Assembly: GCA_977016875.1 (NCBI GenBank)
Contig: CDRNST010000093.1
Span: forward strand, 7,254,001-7,318,000
Length of the DNA: 64,000 nt
Source: Pavona decussata
Lineage: Eukaryota
Reading direction: 5' to 3'
Below are positions 25,308 through 39,800 of this stretch, in pieces. Each line of letters opens with the position of its first letter. The first letter of the stretch is position 1. Both the position numbers and the translations under genes were made by a program. The notes below the pieces were generated by a model. The model was given only the letters and a program-made list of their open reading frames with translations. It had not been told where the DNA came from and searched no databases.

Positions 25308-28226
25308 GAAATGCGGCGAATGCTACACGGCGTGCTTGGAAGGGAACGAAAACGACAGGTGTCGCCCCCCCACTTCGAAACCTCCTATGCCCGCCTGAAG
25401 GACTCGTGGATAAAATGCATTCAGAGATAAAAAGGAAACTAGCTGTCAATTAGGTGTTAAATCATGGGGAATAAAGCATTGAAAACAAATTTCAACTTGT
25501 TCTCAGGTTTATATGTAAATTGTATTTTTCTTTTTTTTTTTTCCTGCTGCCATCATAAAAATAGGGATCCCACGCTTGATTGATAGGAAACGCAAACTGT
25601 GTGTTGTATATTTATAACCCATTCGTTCGTGTGGCCATGAGATACTCTACCCCTTTTGTTATGAAGAAGGGATTTGATAAGATGCAATACAACCTTTTTT
25701 GTGTCCAGTGCAAACACACATTATTGGTCAAGTAATTCCTTTGCTACTGAAATAGGGTTGCCCGGTTGAGGTTTTTTTGACGATGTTGTCGGCATGGAAA
25801 AAACTTTGTCCCTACATGCTTGTTTGCCTCCTGTGAGTTCAAAACAACCGCAAATACAATCACAACAGCGCAAAACAAACTCCAGTTAAAACGATTACCT
25901 TTTAAGGGTTAAAGATTAGGAGTTACTGACCACGGTGAAGAAATACCAGTTTTTACCATGTGAGTTGATAAAAAAAAAAAAAAAAAAAAAGACGGGTACC
26001 CAAAATCCTCAGAAATGGATTACTCCCTGTCTAACCTTATTATTTAAAAAAGTCACTGCTTTCTGCAAAGTTCCCATCCATACAAAAACTAATGAGAAAT
26101 TGTTTCTAGTTTTTGAATCAGGTAACTTATTTGAAGAATTGCAATCACAAACAGTGAATCTTTTCGCTGTTTTAGAAGCCATTTTGGTTGTGAGGGAAAC
26201 AAGGCTAAAATTACAGTAAATGTATGGGATTTTGGCCGAGTTTGAGTCCCTGTAACTTCGTTTGAATTTGCCGCATTTTAACTACAAAAATGCCTTTGAA
26301 AAGGTGATTGTATCAAAATTAGTTTGATGAAAAATAGAGAACAGATTCGGGCTATAAAAGCGTAAAACAATTTTAAACTGAACTCCACACAAACCCCTAC
26401 AGTATGGGCAAATTTGTCGTGAAATTACAAAGCATATTAGAACATTTCTAATGGAAGTTTACAAAGTATAATGTTCTCAACCGTCAATCGGATTAATAAT
26501 GTGCTTCGATATCCAAAACTAAAGGTTGAATTAAAAGTCCGTCCGTAATTTCCAGTGGAATTACACAGTGTTCAGCGCAGAAGTACATATTTTAATAAAA
26601 CGAAACACGATAATAATCATAAATATATGAAACATAAATTTTGAATTGCGGCTCAAAGATCAACTGAGAAGAGAGATCCTCGCAGTGACTACGCACAAGC
26701 AGTTGCGAAAAGAAAGCCTGAAAAAAATTCTGGCTTGAACGGGATCTTTCATCCGCAGTTGAAAATATATGTTTCATATATTTACATTCATTTATTCATC
26801 CTTCACGAGTATATTACCAACTCACTGATGTGACCAGCTCCCAGTTGGCTTGACAGCTCAGCTGGTAGAACACTGCACCGGTTTCGCGGGTTCAAATCCC
26901 GTTCAAGTCTAAATTTTTATCAGGCTTTCTTTTCGCAGCTGGTTAAGTTCAGTACTAACTATTTCATATTTAAACAACAGTTATTAGTTTTGCGTTTTCC
27001 AGGATGGGCAAACGTTTCTCAGAAGATTTCTATTTTGTCGAAAACTAGAAACTAGTTCATTTGCACTCTTGTAGCCGAGACAACTCACCAGGCAACTTTG
27101 TGCGGTAATATATGCGACTAATCAGTATTTTTAATAAAAGAACAGTTTACTCACGTCTGACATGTTATTGCGCAAATTTCCTTTGCGAGGGCGGTTGACT
27201 TAACGCAAAGGCCACGAAGACCCCGTTTGAAGCCTTGACAAAAATAAACAAGTTATGAGGAAAGTAAACATTAAGAATGACAGCATAAATAACTGAGAGA
27301 AGATGAAAACATTTTCATACGAAAAAAACTATATATCAAAATTTTACGATGTGGTTAGAAACGAAAAATGAAAGTTTCTTAGGCTCTGTTTTTATGGAGA
27401 GCAAATGATCCGAGTATCCTAGCTAAAACATTACCCGCCTTACAGTACTAACTCAACCTAGTCAGGCCAATTAAAATTCAGTCGAAGTATGCCGCAGCAC
27501 TGCTGGGAAAATAGGGTAGCCTTACAAAAAAATGCTCTAAAGGTTAGATTTCAATGTCTGAATTTGTAGAATTCAGACAGAAAACGTTCTCTTCGGTTTT
27601 TGAGAGCCTTTAATCTGTAAATGGAAAATACAGTTGAACCTCCCGCAAGCAAGATCAGGTCAGACCATATATAGGGCCCATCTAATTTTTGAGTCATTAG
27701 CGTGCTTTGGTAGTTTAAGAGGTACAAATACAGATATAACGAAGGGAATGATTAACCCAAACGTTAAGTACAATATCGTTTTAGTAGTGACAAAAACATT
27801 TCAAACTTTATGTTACTGAACTGAGCCAAACAAGAATATTTCCAGGATGACTTACAGTCGAACGTCTTCAATACAGACACCAACTTGACACTTTCTAAAC
27901 TAAAAGAAGAAGTGTATATATTCATTTCAGTTTCTTAGTACATGTGAACTGTTCGTAATATGAGGACCGGTGCCTGTTAGGAGAGTTTCAACTGTAACCA
28001 CAAATATTTGGTTATCTACATGTAAACTACTCAATGAAGTACACTACAAAGGCAACGGAGCAGAGTTACTTCCACGTTTTTCTTTTTACATGATTTGAAC
28101 ATGATATTTCTTTGGATCTTGTGCATTTTTCCGAGATTAAAATGGTAAATGCAGCTTAAGTTATATAGGTTTTTGGGTATAAAAATACAGAGCGTAACCC
28201 TTCTGAAAGTTATCACTCTCCAAACT

Positions 28227-28363
28227 CTGACTCGTCCCCGGTTGTCATCACACAGCGCGCTGCAAAGGGAAGCGTGAGGCACCTTGCGCTTTCTTTGTCG
28301 CTACCCATTTATCCCTGCTTCGTGCGCCATGTATAAAGTTGAAGACGACTGAGGAAGAGTCAG
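28227..28363. mobile_element. ~135-bp MITE upstream of copies 5, 6 and 7
   Basis: TIR CTGACTC...GAGTCAG flanked by (C/G)TCCAAACT direct repeats. Also at 33344..33478 and 39823..39957. Absent upstream of copies 1, 3 and 4. Confidence 0.75.
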
Positions 28364-29601
28364 GTCCAAACTTGCTACAGGGCAATTTTCATTTTTGTTG
28401 AACTGTACAGTTTTTTTTCTTGTAAATTTCTTCCTGCAATCATTTTGAATGTCGAGCAGAACGCCTTGTTAATTCACCCATGACAGAAACGAGGCTGTTC
28501 TTGTCCTTTTGTTTTAACAACTGAGTAAATAACGTAAAGTTTAAGGGGGCGCTGTCACGGAGATTCAGCCGTAGTTTGGTAAAAACTACTCAAATATTTG
28601 ACAAGCACACATTCTCTAACATGAAATTGCTCTAAGAGCACCAGGACTAAAATACGAAGTGATTTCTTAGAGGAAGAACAAAGTATAATCGGTTTTTTGT
28701 AATTTCTTCAAAATACACGGAAAGAACATTTTGAGTTGCAAGCCAAAGATTGTTGACACCAGTTTCTGTGCACTAAAGCGAACGTTTATTTTAACAATGT
28801 CATTGATACAGGTGTATTTTTGCCTTCCAAACTGATGCTAAAATTAAGTGACGCCGCCCCTTTAAAATCTAAAAATACGTGCTCTGTAAAAACATTTATA
28901 GTGGGTAAGTTTTGACTTGACAAAAGCACGCTGCACAATGTGTGCTTTTGAAACGTGATATTGCAAGCTGTTTTAACTCAGCGCACAAACGAAAAATAAA
29001 CCATTCTGAAAAGTCGCCTTTTCTCCGTTCTAAACAATGAACCGCAGACGTATTTTATTTCCTTAAAGATGTAAGCATCTTTTGTGCTTTTTTCTAATAC
29101 AAATAACTCGCAGACTGGGAACAAATTTGTACAGATATATTTGAGGTATTCTTTCTGTCATAACTGTAAGTCAACTGATCTTTCAATAGTTTTGTACATA
29201 CGTACTCTTCATGCGTCTAAGAACTGGTGATAATCTTTTACTTAAAAGGGAACACTTAGTTCTTCTCCTACGTTTCAACGAAACCATTAGGAAAAGACAT
29301 TCGATATTTTAATATTTTTTTCTTAACGGCTTCTACGAAAACTAAAGTGGTAATTTTTTTTCCAAAATAAAAGGTAAGAGCGGTCGTCATGAGCAACGTT
29401 ACGTTGTTTACACAAGTTTCAGAAGTAAAATGTTTCCTTTTTTTGTTGTGGTCAAAGCAAGAAACACTGCTTGAACAAATACGCCTTTTGTCGCGCTTTT
29501 GTTGTGTTTTGTGAAGCTGTCAGTCTTACGTTCCTATAAAAGAGCGTACAAGGTTGTATCGATCACATTGCCGAGCAGAACAGCAAAGCACTGTACTCAA
29601 G

Positions 29602-30538
29602 ATGAATTCCCTGCTACTGATCCTGTTTCTTGGAACTTCGCTCGTCTTAGCAGAGGTGGCATTCGCAAGTCCAGCCCTTGACGAGATCTCAGATGACGAA
29701 GAAAATGAAATCATGGATGTGTTTGCTGACGAGGTAAACTTAAATCCAACGGTTCATTTAGTACGTATTCTGTAAGAGTTTCCAAAAACTAAGCGCGCCT
29801 TCCATTTGTCAGAGCTGGCCGGCCACAGCGGTCAGTCTGTAAATCGAATGCGTCATTTTGATGGGATGTTGCTGCAAAATCTTGAAAATAATCACTCAGA
29901 AAATAGTACGTGCTATTTTGAAGAAATTCAAATTGATCCTTCAAATTGGTACATTCCGTTTACGACTTGACCGGTGTGGCCGGCCATCGCTAATTGCACT
30001 AAAACATTCTGATTAAAGTTCTATAATATAAAATGGGGATCACCAAGCTCGTAATAAGTTAGAACCACTTAAAGGTAAAAAATAGGGGTAACCTATTATA
30101 TTGAGAAAATGACGAGAAATTGAAAGAAAATGACCATAAGTTGTTCACAAATGCTAAGGGGTATTTTTGACACCATTGTTGTTGTATCAACTGGTAAAAA
30201 AAGGCTCTGTTGATCTCTGAAAGCATTAGTGATGTGAAGATAAAAAAACCTAGTATGTAACCAGTTTAAGCTTGCTTTGGTCAAATGTATAAAGGGAAGT
30301 AGTGCGTCTACTCACCAAATCCCGCCAAGAATGTTCTACTGATAGGGTCACAAACTGTTCTTATCCATTTTAACAGGAAAGATGTGAAGTGATGAAGGAG
30401 AAGTGTGAGGAGGATGCAGGTGGTGACGATTTGGCGGAGGAGAGATGCGAGTTTTGTTACAAGAATTGCAAGCACAATGAAGAAAGCGAACTGTGTAAAC
30501 CTAAAACTTCTAAACCCCCTCAGCTACCGGAAGTTTAA
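29602..30538 (+). CDS. Secreted 6-Cys peptide precursor, array copy 5 (97 aa); join(29602..29733,30377..30538)
   Basis: Exon 1 ...ASPALDEISDDEENEIMDVFADE|GT (alternative in-frame donor at 29761). Exon 2 ERCEVMKEKCEEDAGGDDLAEERCEFCYKNCKHNEESELCKPKTSKPPQLPEV*, which is not in the ORF track. Confidence 0.85.
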
Positions 30539-33500
30539 ATGCATTCAGAGATAAAAAGGAAACTAGCTGTCAATTAGGTGTTAAATCACGGGGAATAAAG
30601 CATTGAAAACAAATTTCAACTTGTTCTCAGGTTTATATGTAAATTGAAGTTTTCTTTTTTTTTTTTCGTGCTGTTATCATAAAAATAGGGATCAGCGCTT
30701 GATTGGTAGGACAAGGAAACTGTGTGTTATATATTTATGACCTATTTGTTCGTGTGGCCATGAGATGCTCTACCCCTTATGTTATGAAGAAGGGGTTTGA
30801 TAAGATGCAATACAACCTTTTTTGTGTCCAGTCCAAACACACATTATTGGTCGAGTACTTCTTTTGCTACTGAAATAGGGTTCCCCGGTTGAGGTTTTTT
30901 TTGACGATGTTGTCAGCATGGAAAAAACTTTGTCCCTACATGCTTGTTTGCCTCCTGTGAGTTCAAAACAACCGCAGATACGATCACAACAGCGCAAAAC
31001 AAACTCCAGTTAAAACGATTACCTTTTAAGGGTTAAAGATTAGGAGTTACTGACCACGGTGAAGAAATACCAGTTTTTACCATGTAAGTTGATAAAAAAA
31101 AAAAAAAGACGGGTACCCAAAATCCTCAGAAATGGATTACTCCCTGTCTAACCTTATTATTTGAAAAAGTCACTGCTTTCTGCAAAGTTCCCGTCCATAC
31201 AAAAACTAATGAGAAATTGTTTCTAGTTTTTGAATCAGGTAACTTATTTGAAGAATTGCAATCACAAACAGTGAATCTTTTCGCTGTTTTAGAAGCCATT
31301 TTGGTTGTAAGGGAAACAAGGCTAAAATTACAGTAAATGTGTGGGATTTTGGTTGAGTTTGAGTCTCTGTAGCTTCGTTTGAATTTGCCGCATTTTAACT
31401 ACAAAAATGCCTTTGAAAAGGTGATTGTATCAAAATTAGTTTGATGAAAAATAGAGAACAGATTCGGGCTATAAAAGCGTAAAACAATTTTAAACTGAAC
31501 TCCACATAAACCCCTACAGTATGGGCAAATTTGTCGTGAAATTACAAAGCATATTAGAAGATTTCTAATGGAAGTTTACAAAGTATAATGTTCTCAACCG
31601 TCAATCGGATTAATAATGTGCTTCGATATGCAAAAATAAGGGTTGAATTAAAAGTCCATCAATTTTTCCAGTGGAATTACACAATGTTCAGCGCAGAAGT
31701 ACATATTTTAATTAAACGAAACACGATAATGATTATAAATATATGAAACATATATTTTGAATTGCGGATGAAAGATCAACTAAGAAGAGAGATCCTCGCA
31801 GTTAGTACGCACAAGCAGTTGCGAAAAGAAAGCCTGAAAAGAAAATTCTGGCTTCAACGGGATCTTTCATCCGCAGTTAAAAATATATGTTTAATTTCAT
31901 ATATTTACATTCATTTATTCATCCTTCACGAGTATATTACCAACTCACTGATATGACCAGCTCCCAGTTGGCTTGATAGCTCAGTTGGTAGAACACTGCA
32001 CCGGTATCGCGGGTTTAAATCCCGCTCAAGTCTAAATTTTTATCAGGCTTTCTTTTCGCAGCTGGTTAAGTTCAGTACTAACTATTTCATAATTAAACAA
32101 CAGTTATTAGTTTTGCGTTTTCCAGGATGGGCAAACGTTTCTCAGAAGATTTCCATTTTGTCAAAAACTAGAAACTAGTTCATTTGCACTCTTGTAGCCG
32201 AGACAACTCACCAGGCAACTTTGTGCGGTAATATATGTGACTAGTCAGTATTTTTAATAAAAAAACAGTTTACTCACGTCTGACATATTATTGCGCAAAT
32301 TTCCTTTGCGAGGGCGGTTGCCGCAAAGGCCACGAAGACCCTGTTTGAAGTCTTGATAAAAATAAATAAGTTATGAGGAAAGTAAACATTGAGAATGATA
32401 GCATTAATAACTGAGAGAAGATGAAAACATTTTAATGCGAAAAATATATATATCAAAATCTTTCGATGTGGTTAGAAACAAAAAATGAAAGTTTCTTAGG
32501 CCCCGTTTTTATGGAGAGCAAGTGATCCGAGCATCCTAGCTAAAACATTACCCGCCTTACAGTACTAACTCAACTTAGTCAGGCTAATTAAAATTCAGTC
32601 GAGGTATGTCGCAGCACTGCTTGGAAAATTGAGCAGCCTTACAATAAAAATGCTCTAAAGGTTACATTTCAATGTCTGAATTTGTAGAATTCAGACAGAA
32701 AACGTTCTCTTCGGTTTTTGAGATCCTTTGATCTGTAAATGAAAAAAACAGTTGAACATCCTGCAAGCAAGATCAGGTCAGACCATATATAGGGCCCATC
32801 TAATTTTTGAGTTATTAGCGTGCTTTGATAATTTAAGAGGCACAAATACAGATATAACCAAGGGAATGATTAACCCAAACGTTAAGTACAATATCCTTTT
32901 AGTACTGACAAAAACATTTCAAACTTTAGGTTACCGAACAGAGTCAAACAAGAATATTTTCAGGATGACTTACAGTCGAACCTCTTTAATACAGGCACCA
33001 ACTTGACACTGTTTAAAGTGAAAGAAGAAGTGTATATATTCATTTCAGTTTCTTAGTACATGTGAGCTGTTCCTCATCTGGGGACCGGTGCCTGTTAGCA
33101 GAGTTTCAACTGTAACTACAAATATTTGGTTATCTACATGTAAACTACTCGACCAAGTACACTACAAAGGCAACTGAGCAGAGTTACTTCCTCGTTTCTC
33201 TTTTGACATGAATTGAACATGATTTTTCTTTGGATCTTGTGCATTTCTCTGGGATTAAAATCGTAAATGAAGCTTAAGTTATATTATTTTTTTGGTATAA
33301 AAATACAGAGCGTAACCCTTCTGAAAGTTATCACTACCCATCTCTGACTCGTTTGGTCGTCTTCATACAGCGCGCGGCAAAAGTTAGCGTGAGGCACCTT
33401 GCGCTCCCTTTGTCGCTACCCATTTATCCCTGCTTCGTGCGCCATGGATAAAGATGAAGACTACTGGGCACGAGTCAGGTCCAAACTTGTCACAGGGCAA

Positions 33501-34714
33501 TTTTCATTTTTGTTGAACTGTACAGTTTTTTTTCTTGTAAATTTCTTCGTGCGATCATTTTGAATGTCAAACAAAATGCATTGCTAATTCATCCATGACA
33601 GAAAGGAGGCTATTTTTGTTCTTTTGTTTTAACAACTGAGTAATTAAACGTTAAGTTTAAAGGGGCGCTGTGACGGAGATTCAGCCGTAGTTTGGTAAAA
33701 ACTACTCAAATATTTGACAAGCACACATTCTCTAACATGAAATTGCTCTAAGAGCACCAGAACTAAAATACGAAGTGATTTCTTAGAGGAAGAACAAAGT
33801 ATAATCGCTTTTTTGTGATTTCTTCAAAATACACGGAAAGAACATTTTGACTTGCAAGCCAAAGATTGTTGACACCAGTTTCTGTGCACTAAACCGAACT
33901 TTTATTTTAACAATGTCATTGATACAGGTGTATTTTTGCCTTTCAAACTGATGCTAAAATTAAGCGACGCCGCCCCTTTAAAATCTAAAAATACGTGCTC
34001 TGTAAAAATATTTATGGTGAGTAAGTTTTGCCCTGACAAAAGCACGCTGCACAATGTGTGCTCCTGTCACGTGATATTGCAAGCTGTTTTAACTTATCGT
34101 ACAAATGGAAAATGAACCATTCTGTAAAGTCGCCTTTTCTCCCTTCTGAACAATAAACCGCAGATGTATTTTATTTGCCTAAAACTGTAAACATCTTTTG
34201 TGCTTTTTTATAATAGAAATAACTCGCAGACTGGGAAATAATTTGTACAGATATATTTGATGTATTCTTTCTGTCATAACTGTAAGTGAACTGATCTTTC
34301 AATAGTTTTGTACATATGTACTGTTCACACGTCTAAGTACTGGTGATAATCTTTTACTTAAAAGGGAACACTTAGATCTTCTACTACGTTTCAACAAAAC
34401 CATTAGGAAAAGACATTCGATATTTTAATATTTTTTCTTAACGGCTTCTACGAAAACTAAAGTGTTATTTTTTTTCCAAAATTAAAGTAAGAGCGGTCGT
34501 CATGAGCAACGTTACGTTGTTTACACAATTTTCAGAAGTAAAATGTTTCCTTTTTTCGTTGTGGTCAAAGCAAGAAACACTGCTTGAACAAAGACACCTT
34601 TTGTCGCGCTTTTGTTGTGTTATGTGAAGCTGTCAGTCTTACGTTCCTATAAAAGGGCGTACAAGGTTATATCGATCACATTGCCGAGCAGAACAGCAAA
34701 GCACTGTACTCAAG

Positions 34715-36891
34715 ATGAATTCTCTGCTACTAATCCTGTTTCTTGGAACTTCGCTCGTCTTGGCAGAGGTGGCATTTGCATATCCAGCCCTTGACGAGAT
34801 CTTAAATGACGAAGAAAATGAAATCATGGATGTGTTCGCTGACGAGGTAAACTTAGATCCTACGGTTCATTTGCTACGTATTCCAAAAACTAAGCGCGCC
34901 TTCCAGTTGTCAGAACTGGCCGGCCACAGCGGTCAGTCTGTAAATCGAATGCGTCATTTTGACGGGATGTTGCTGCAAAATCTTGAAAATAATCACTCAG
35001 AAAATAGTACGCGCTTATTGAAGAAATTCAAATTGATCCTTCAAATTGGTACATTCCGTTTACGACTTGACCGGTGTGGCCGGCCATCGCTAATTGCACC
35101 TAAACATTCCGATTACAGTTCTATAATATGAAATGGGTATCACCGAGCTTGTTTTAAGTTAGAGCCACTTAAAGGTAAAAAATAGGGGTAACCTGTTATA
35201 TCGAGAAAATGACTATAAGTTGTTCACAAATATTTAGGGGTGTTTTTGACACCATTGTTGTTTCATCAACTGATAAAGAATTGCTCTGTTGATCTGTCAA
35301 GGCATTAGTGATGTGAAGGTAAAGAAAAGCATCGTCTTTGTACGGAAATGGTCTCGCTTTAAAAATAATCTCTCACAAAATCTGTTGCATTAACAATGTA
35401 TAAGAAGCGTAAAACGTAGAATACTTTGACTTGAAATCAAATATTTTGTATGACCTTTTGTGTGATTTTATTTTATTATATGTATATACTTTTTGCTTGA
35501 TCTTTTTGTTTTTATACAATGAACTGTGTAAAACTCGCGTTTTGATTGGTCTAGAGGAGTGTGTGATTAGAGTATAGACGCACGATTGACGTCATCGAGT
35601 GGTGTGACCGGCGCACGTGATCAGAGTCTAGAGTCCAGCCAGAGTGACTGGTCAACAAAGTTTTGCAAACTGTTTTGGAGAGTAGCGGACAAACACAGGC
35701 AAATTTTCGCAGGAAAAGAAAACTGCCCAATAAAAAATTGGACAAAGACCGTTGAGAGTGACCTCAACCAGGATAAAAAAGCTAGAACTTTGTTGTGACG
35801 TGAGAAGGAAGCAAATATTTGTCGAAATATGTCGCCGATAGAAATCCGGTAATGGCGAGTAATCGATTACAAATCGCAATAAAGCGACTAACATGCTGTA
35901 ATATTTTGGGGTCAGGATTTCCTTCTGGAATAAAGGTTAGTTTTGAAAATATTGTTAGTGAAATTTTTTCGGATTATACTCTTTAGAAGATCACAATTGC
36001 ATGTGTGTTGTAGTCTAAAACTGTGTTTCCTGGAAAGATTTTGACTCAGCTCAGGCAACGCGATGCTCGCTCACGAAATGTGTTGAAATGTCTTGGTTAT
36101 TGTATAAAACAAATAGATTCCATTTTGCCGTGGGTCTGTACTCTGATAACGCACAGAGGACGTCAAAACGTGGTGAGAACATCAGTCACGCTACTCGCCT
36201 GCGGCTCGTAGCGCACTTCTTTGTTCTCACCACGTTTAGACGTCATCTGTGCGTTATCAGAGTACAGACGCACGGCAAAATGGAATCTATTTGTTAAATT
36301 TTAGTCTCGTACCTTTCTGTTTTTGGTGACGATATTTGTTTTCTTTGTTTAGTAATTCGAATTAGTTGCATCTGTAATTTTGTAATTTGTTGCATTTACA
36401 ATTGCTTTGTAAATTGTAAAATCCCTTAACTTGAAATAAAAAAAAAAAGAAAAGAAAAAAAAGAAACCTATGTAACCAGTTTAAGCTTGCTTTGGTCAAA
36501 TGTTTAAAGGGAAGTAGCGCGTCCACTCACCAAATCCCGCCAAGAATGTTCTACTGACAGGGTCATAAATTTTTCTTATCCATTTTAACAGAAAGATTGT
36601 GAAGAGGAAAAGGAGGAGTGTATGGAGAAGGGACGTGATAAACGTGATGACGAGGAGGAGAATAAGAAATGCGGCAAAGTGGAAAAGGAGGAGTGTATGG
36701 AGAAGGAACGTGATAAACGTGATGACGAGGAGGAGAATAAGAAATGCGGCAAAGTGGAAAAGGAGGAGTGTATGGAGAAGGAACGTGATAAACGTGATGA
36801 CAAGGAGGGGAATAAGAAATGCGGCAAAGTGGAAAAGGAGGAGTGTATGGAGAAGGAACGTGATAAACGTCATGACAAAGAAGGGGAATAA
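34715..36891 (+). CDS. Array copy 6: repeat-expanded (one extra unit), frameshift-truncated precursor (143 aa); join(34715..34846,36592..36891)
   Basis: Exon 2 has four RDKR sites and 8 Cys and ends ...RDKRHDKEGE*. Same +1 frameshift as copies 3 and 4. Confidence 0.75.
35512..36297 (+). mobile_element. Hairpin-ended DNA element in the intron of copy 6 (same insertion as copies 3 and 4)
   Basis: Same site and sequence as 24004..24789. Confidence 0.85.
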
Positions 36892-39800
36892 GAAATGCGG
36901 CGAATGCTACACGGCGTGCTTAGAAGGAAACAAAAACGACAGGTGTCGCCCCCCCCACTTCGAAACCTCCTATGCCCGCCTGAAGGACTCGTGGATAAAA
37001 TGCATTCAGAGATAAAAAGGAAACTAGCTGTCAATTAGGTGTTAAATCATGGGGAATAAAGCATTGAAAACAAATTTCAACTTGTTCTCAGGTTTATATG
37101 TAAATTGAATTTTTCTCTTTTTTTTTTTCCTGCTGCCATCATAAAATAGGGATCCCACGCTTGATTGGTAGGAAACGCAAACTGTGTGTTGTATATTTAT
37201 AACCCATTTGTTCGTGTGGCCATGAGATACTCTACCCCTTTTGTTATGAAGAAGGGATTTGATAAGATGCAATACAACCTTTTTGTGTCCAGTCCAAACA
37301 CACATTATTGGTCAAGTAATTCCTTTGCTACTGAAATAGGGTGCCCCGGTTGAGGTTTTTTTGACGATGTTGTCGGCATGGAAAAAACTTTGTCCCTACA
37401 TGCTTGTTTGCCTCCTGTGAGTTCAAAACAACTGCAAATACAATCACAACAGCAAAAAACAAACTCCAGTTAAAACGATTATCTTTTAAGGGTTAAAGAT
37501 TAGGAGTTACTGACCACGGTGAAGAAATACGAGTTTTTACCATATAAGTTGATAAAAAAAAAAAAGACGGGTACCCAAAATCCTCAGAAATGGATTACTC
37601 CCTGTCTAACCTTATTATTTGAAAAAGTCACTGCTTTCTGCAAAGTTCCCGTCCATACGAAAACTAATGAGAAATTGTTTCTAGTTTTTGAATCAGGTAA
37701 CTTATTTGAAGAATTGCAATCACAAACAGTGAATCTTTTTGCTGTTTTAGAAGCCATTTTGGTTGTGAGGGAAACAAGGCTAAAATTACAGTAAATGCGT
37801 GGGATTTTGACCGAGTTTGAGTCCTTGTAACTTCGTTTGAATTTGCCGCATTTTTAGAACAAAAATGCCTTTGAAAAGGTAATTGTATCAAAATTAGTTT
37901 GATGAAAAAGAGAGAACAGATTCGAGCTATAAAAGCGTAAAACAATTTTAAACTGAACTCCACACAAACCCCTACAGTATGGGCAAATTTGTCGTGAAAT
38001 TACAAAGCATATTAGAAGATTTCTAATGGAAGTTTACAAAGTATAATGTTCTCAACCGTCAATCGGGTTAATAATGTGCTTCGATATGCAAAAATAAAGG
38101 TTGAATTAAAAGTCAGTCAATTTTTCCAGTGGAATTACACAGTGTTCAGCGCAGAAGTACATATTTTAATTAAACGAAACACGATAATGATTATAAATAT
38201 ATGAAACATATATTTTGAATTGCGGCTGAAAGATCAACTGAGAAGAGAGATCCTCGCAGTTAGTACGCACAAGCAGTTGCGAAAAGAAAGCCTGACAAAA
38301 ATTCTGGCTTGAACGTGATCTTTCATCCGCAGTTGAAAATATGTTTCATATATTTACATTCATTTATTCATCCTTCACGAGTATATTACGAACTCACAAT
38401 ATGACCAGCTCCCAGTTGGCGTGGCAGCTCAGTTTGTAGAACACTGCACCGGCACCGCAGGTTCAAATCCCGTTCAAGTCGAAATTTTTATCACGCTTTC
38501 TTTTCGCAGCTGCTTAAGTTGAGTACGAACTGCGAGGATCTTTCTTCTATTTAATAATTAAACAGCAGTTATTAGTTTTGCGTTTTCTAGGATGGGCAAA
38601 TGTTTCCCAGAAGATTTCTATTTTGTCAAAAACTAGAAACTAGTTTATATGCAATTGCACTCTTGAAGCCGAGACAACTCACAGGGCAACTTTGTACGGT
38701 AATATATGTGACCCTGAATCAGTATTTTTAATAAAAGAACAGTTTACTCACGTCTGACATATTATTGCGCAAATTTCCTTTACGAGGGCGGTTGACTTAA
38801 CGCAAAGACCACGAAGACCCTGTTTGAAGTCTTGATAAAAATAAATAAGTTATGAGGAAAGTAAACATTAAGAATGATAGCATTAATAACTGAGGGAAGA
38901 TGAAAACATTTTAATGCGAAAAAAATATATATCAAAATTTTTCGATGTGGTTATAAACAAAAAATGAAAGTTTCTTAGGCCCCGTTTTTATGGAGAGCAA
39001 GTGATCCGAGTATCCTAGCTAAAACATTACCCGCCTTACAGTACTAACTCAACTCAGTCAGGCTAATTAAAATTCAGTCGAGGTATGTCGCAGCACTGCT
39101 TGGAAAATTGAGCAGCCTTACAATAAAAATGCTCTAAAGGTTACATTTCAATGTCTGAATTTGTAGAATTCAGACAGAAAACGTTCTCTTCGGTTTTTGA
39201 GAGCCTTTGATCTGTAAATGAAAAAAACAGTTGAACATCCTGCAAGCAAGATCAGGTCAGACCATATATAGGGCCCATCTAATTTTTGAGTTATTAGCGT
39301 GCTTTGGTAATTTAAGAGGCACAAATACAGATATAACCAAGGGAATGATTAACCCAAACGTTAAGTACAATATCCTTTTAGTACTGACAAAAACATTTCA
39401 AACTTTAGGTTACCGAACTGAGTCAAACAAGATGATTTCCAGGATGACTTACAGTCGAACCTCTTCAATACAGACACCAACTTGACACTGTTTAAAGTGA
39501 AAGAAGAAGTGTATTTATTCATTTCAGTTTCTTAGTACATGTGAGCTGTTCCTCATCTGGGGACCGGTGCCTGTTAGGAGAGTTTCAACTGTAACTACAA
39601 ATATTTGGTTATCTACATGTAAACTACTCGACCAAGTACACTACAAAGGCAACTGAGCAGAGTTACTTCCTCGTTTCTCTTTTGACATGAATTGAACATG
39701 ATTTTTCTTTGGATCTTGTGCATTTCTCTGGGATTAAAATCGTAAATGAAGCTTAAGTTATATAGGTTTTTTGGTATGAAAATACAGAGCGTAACCCTTC

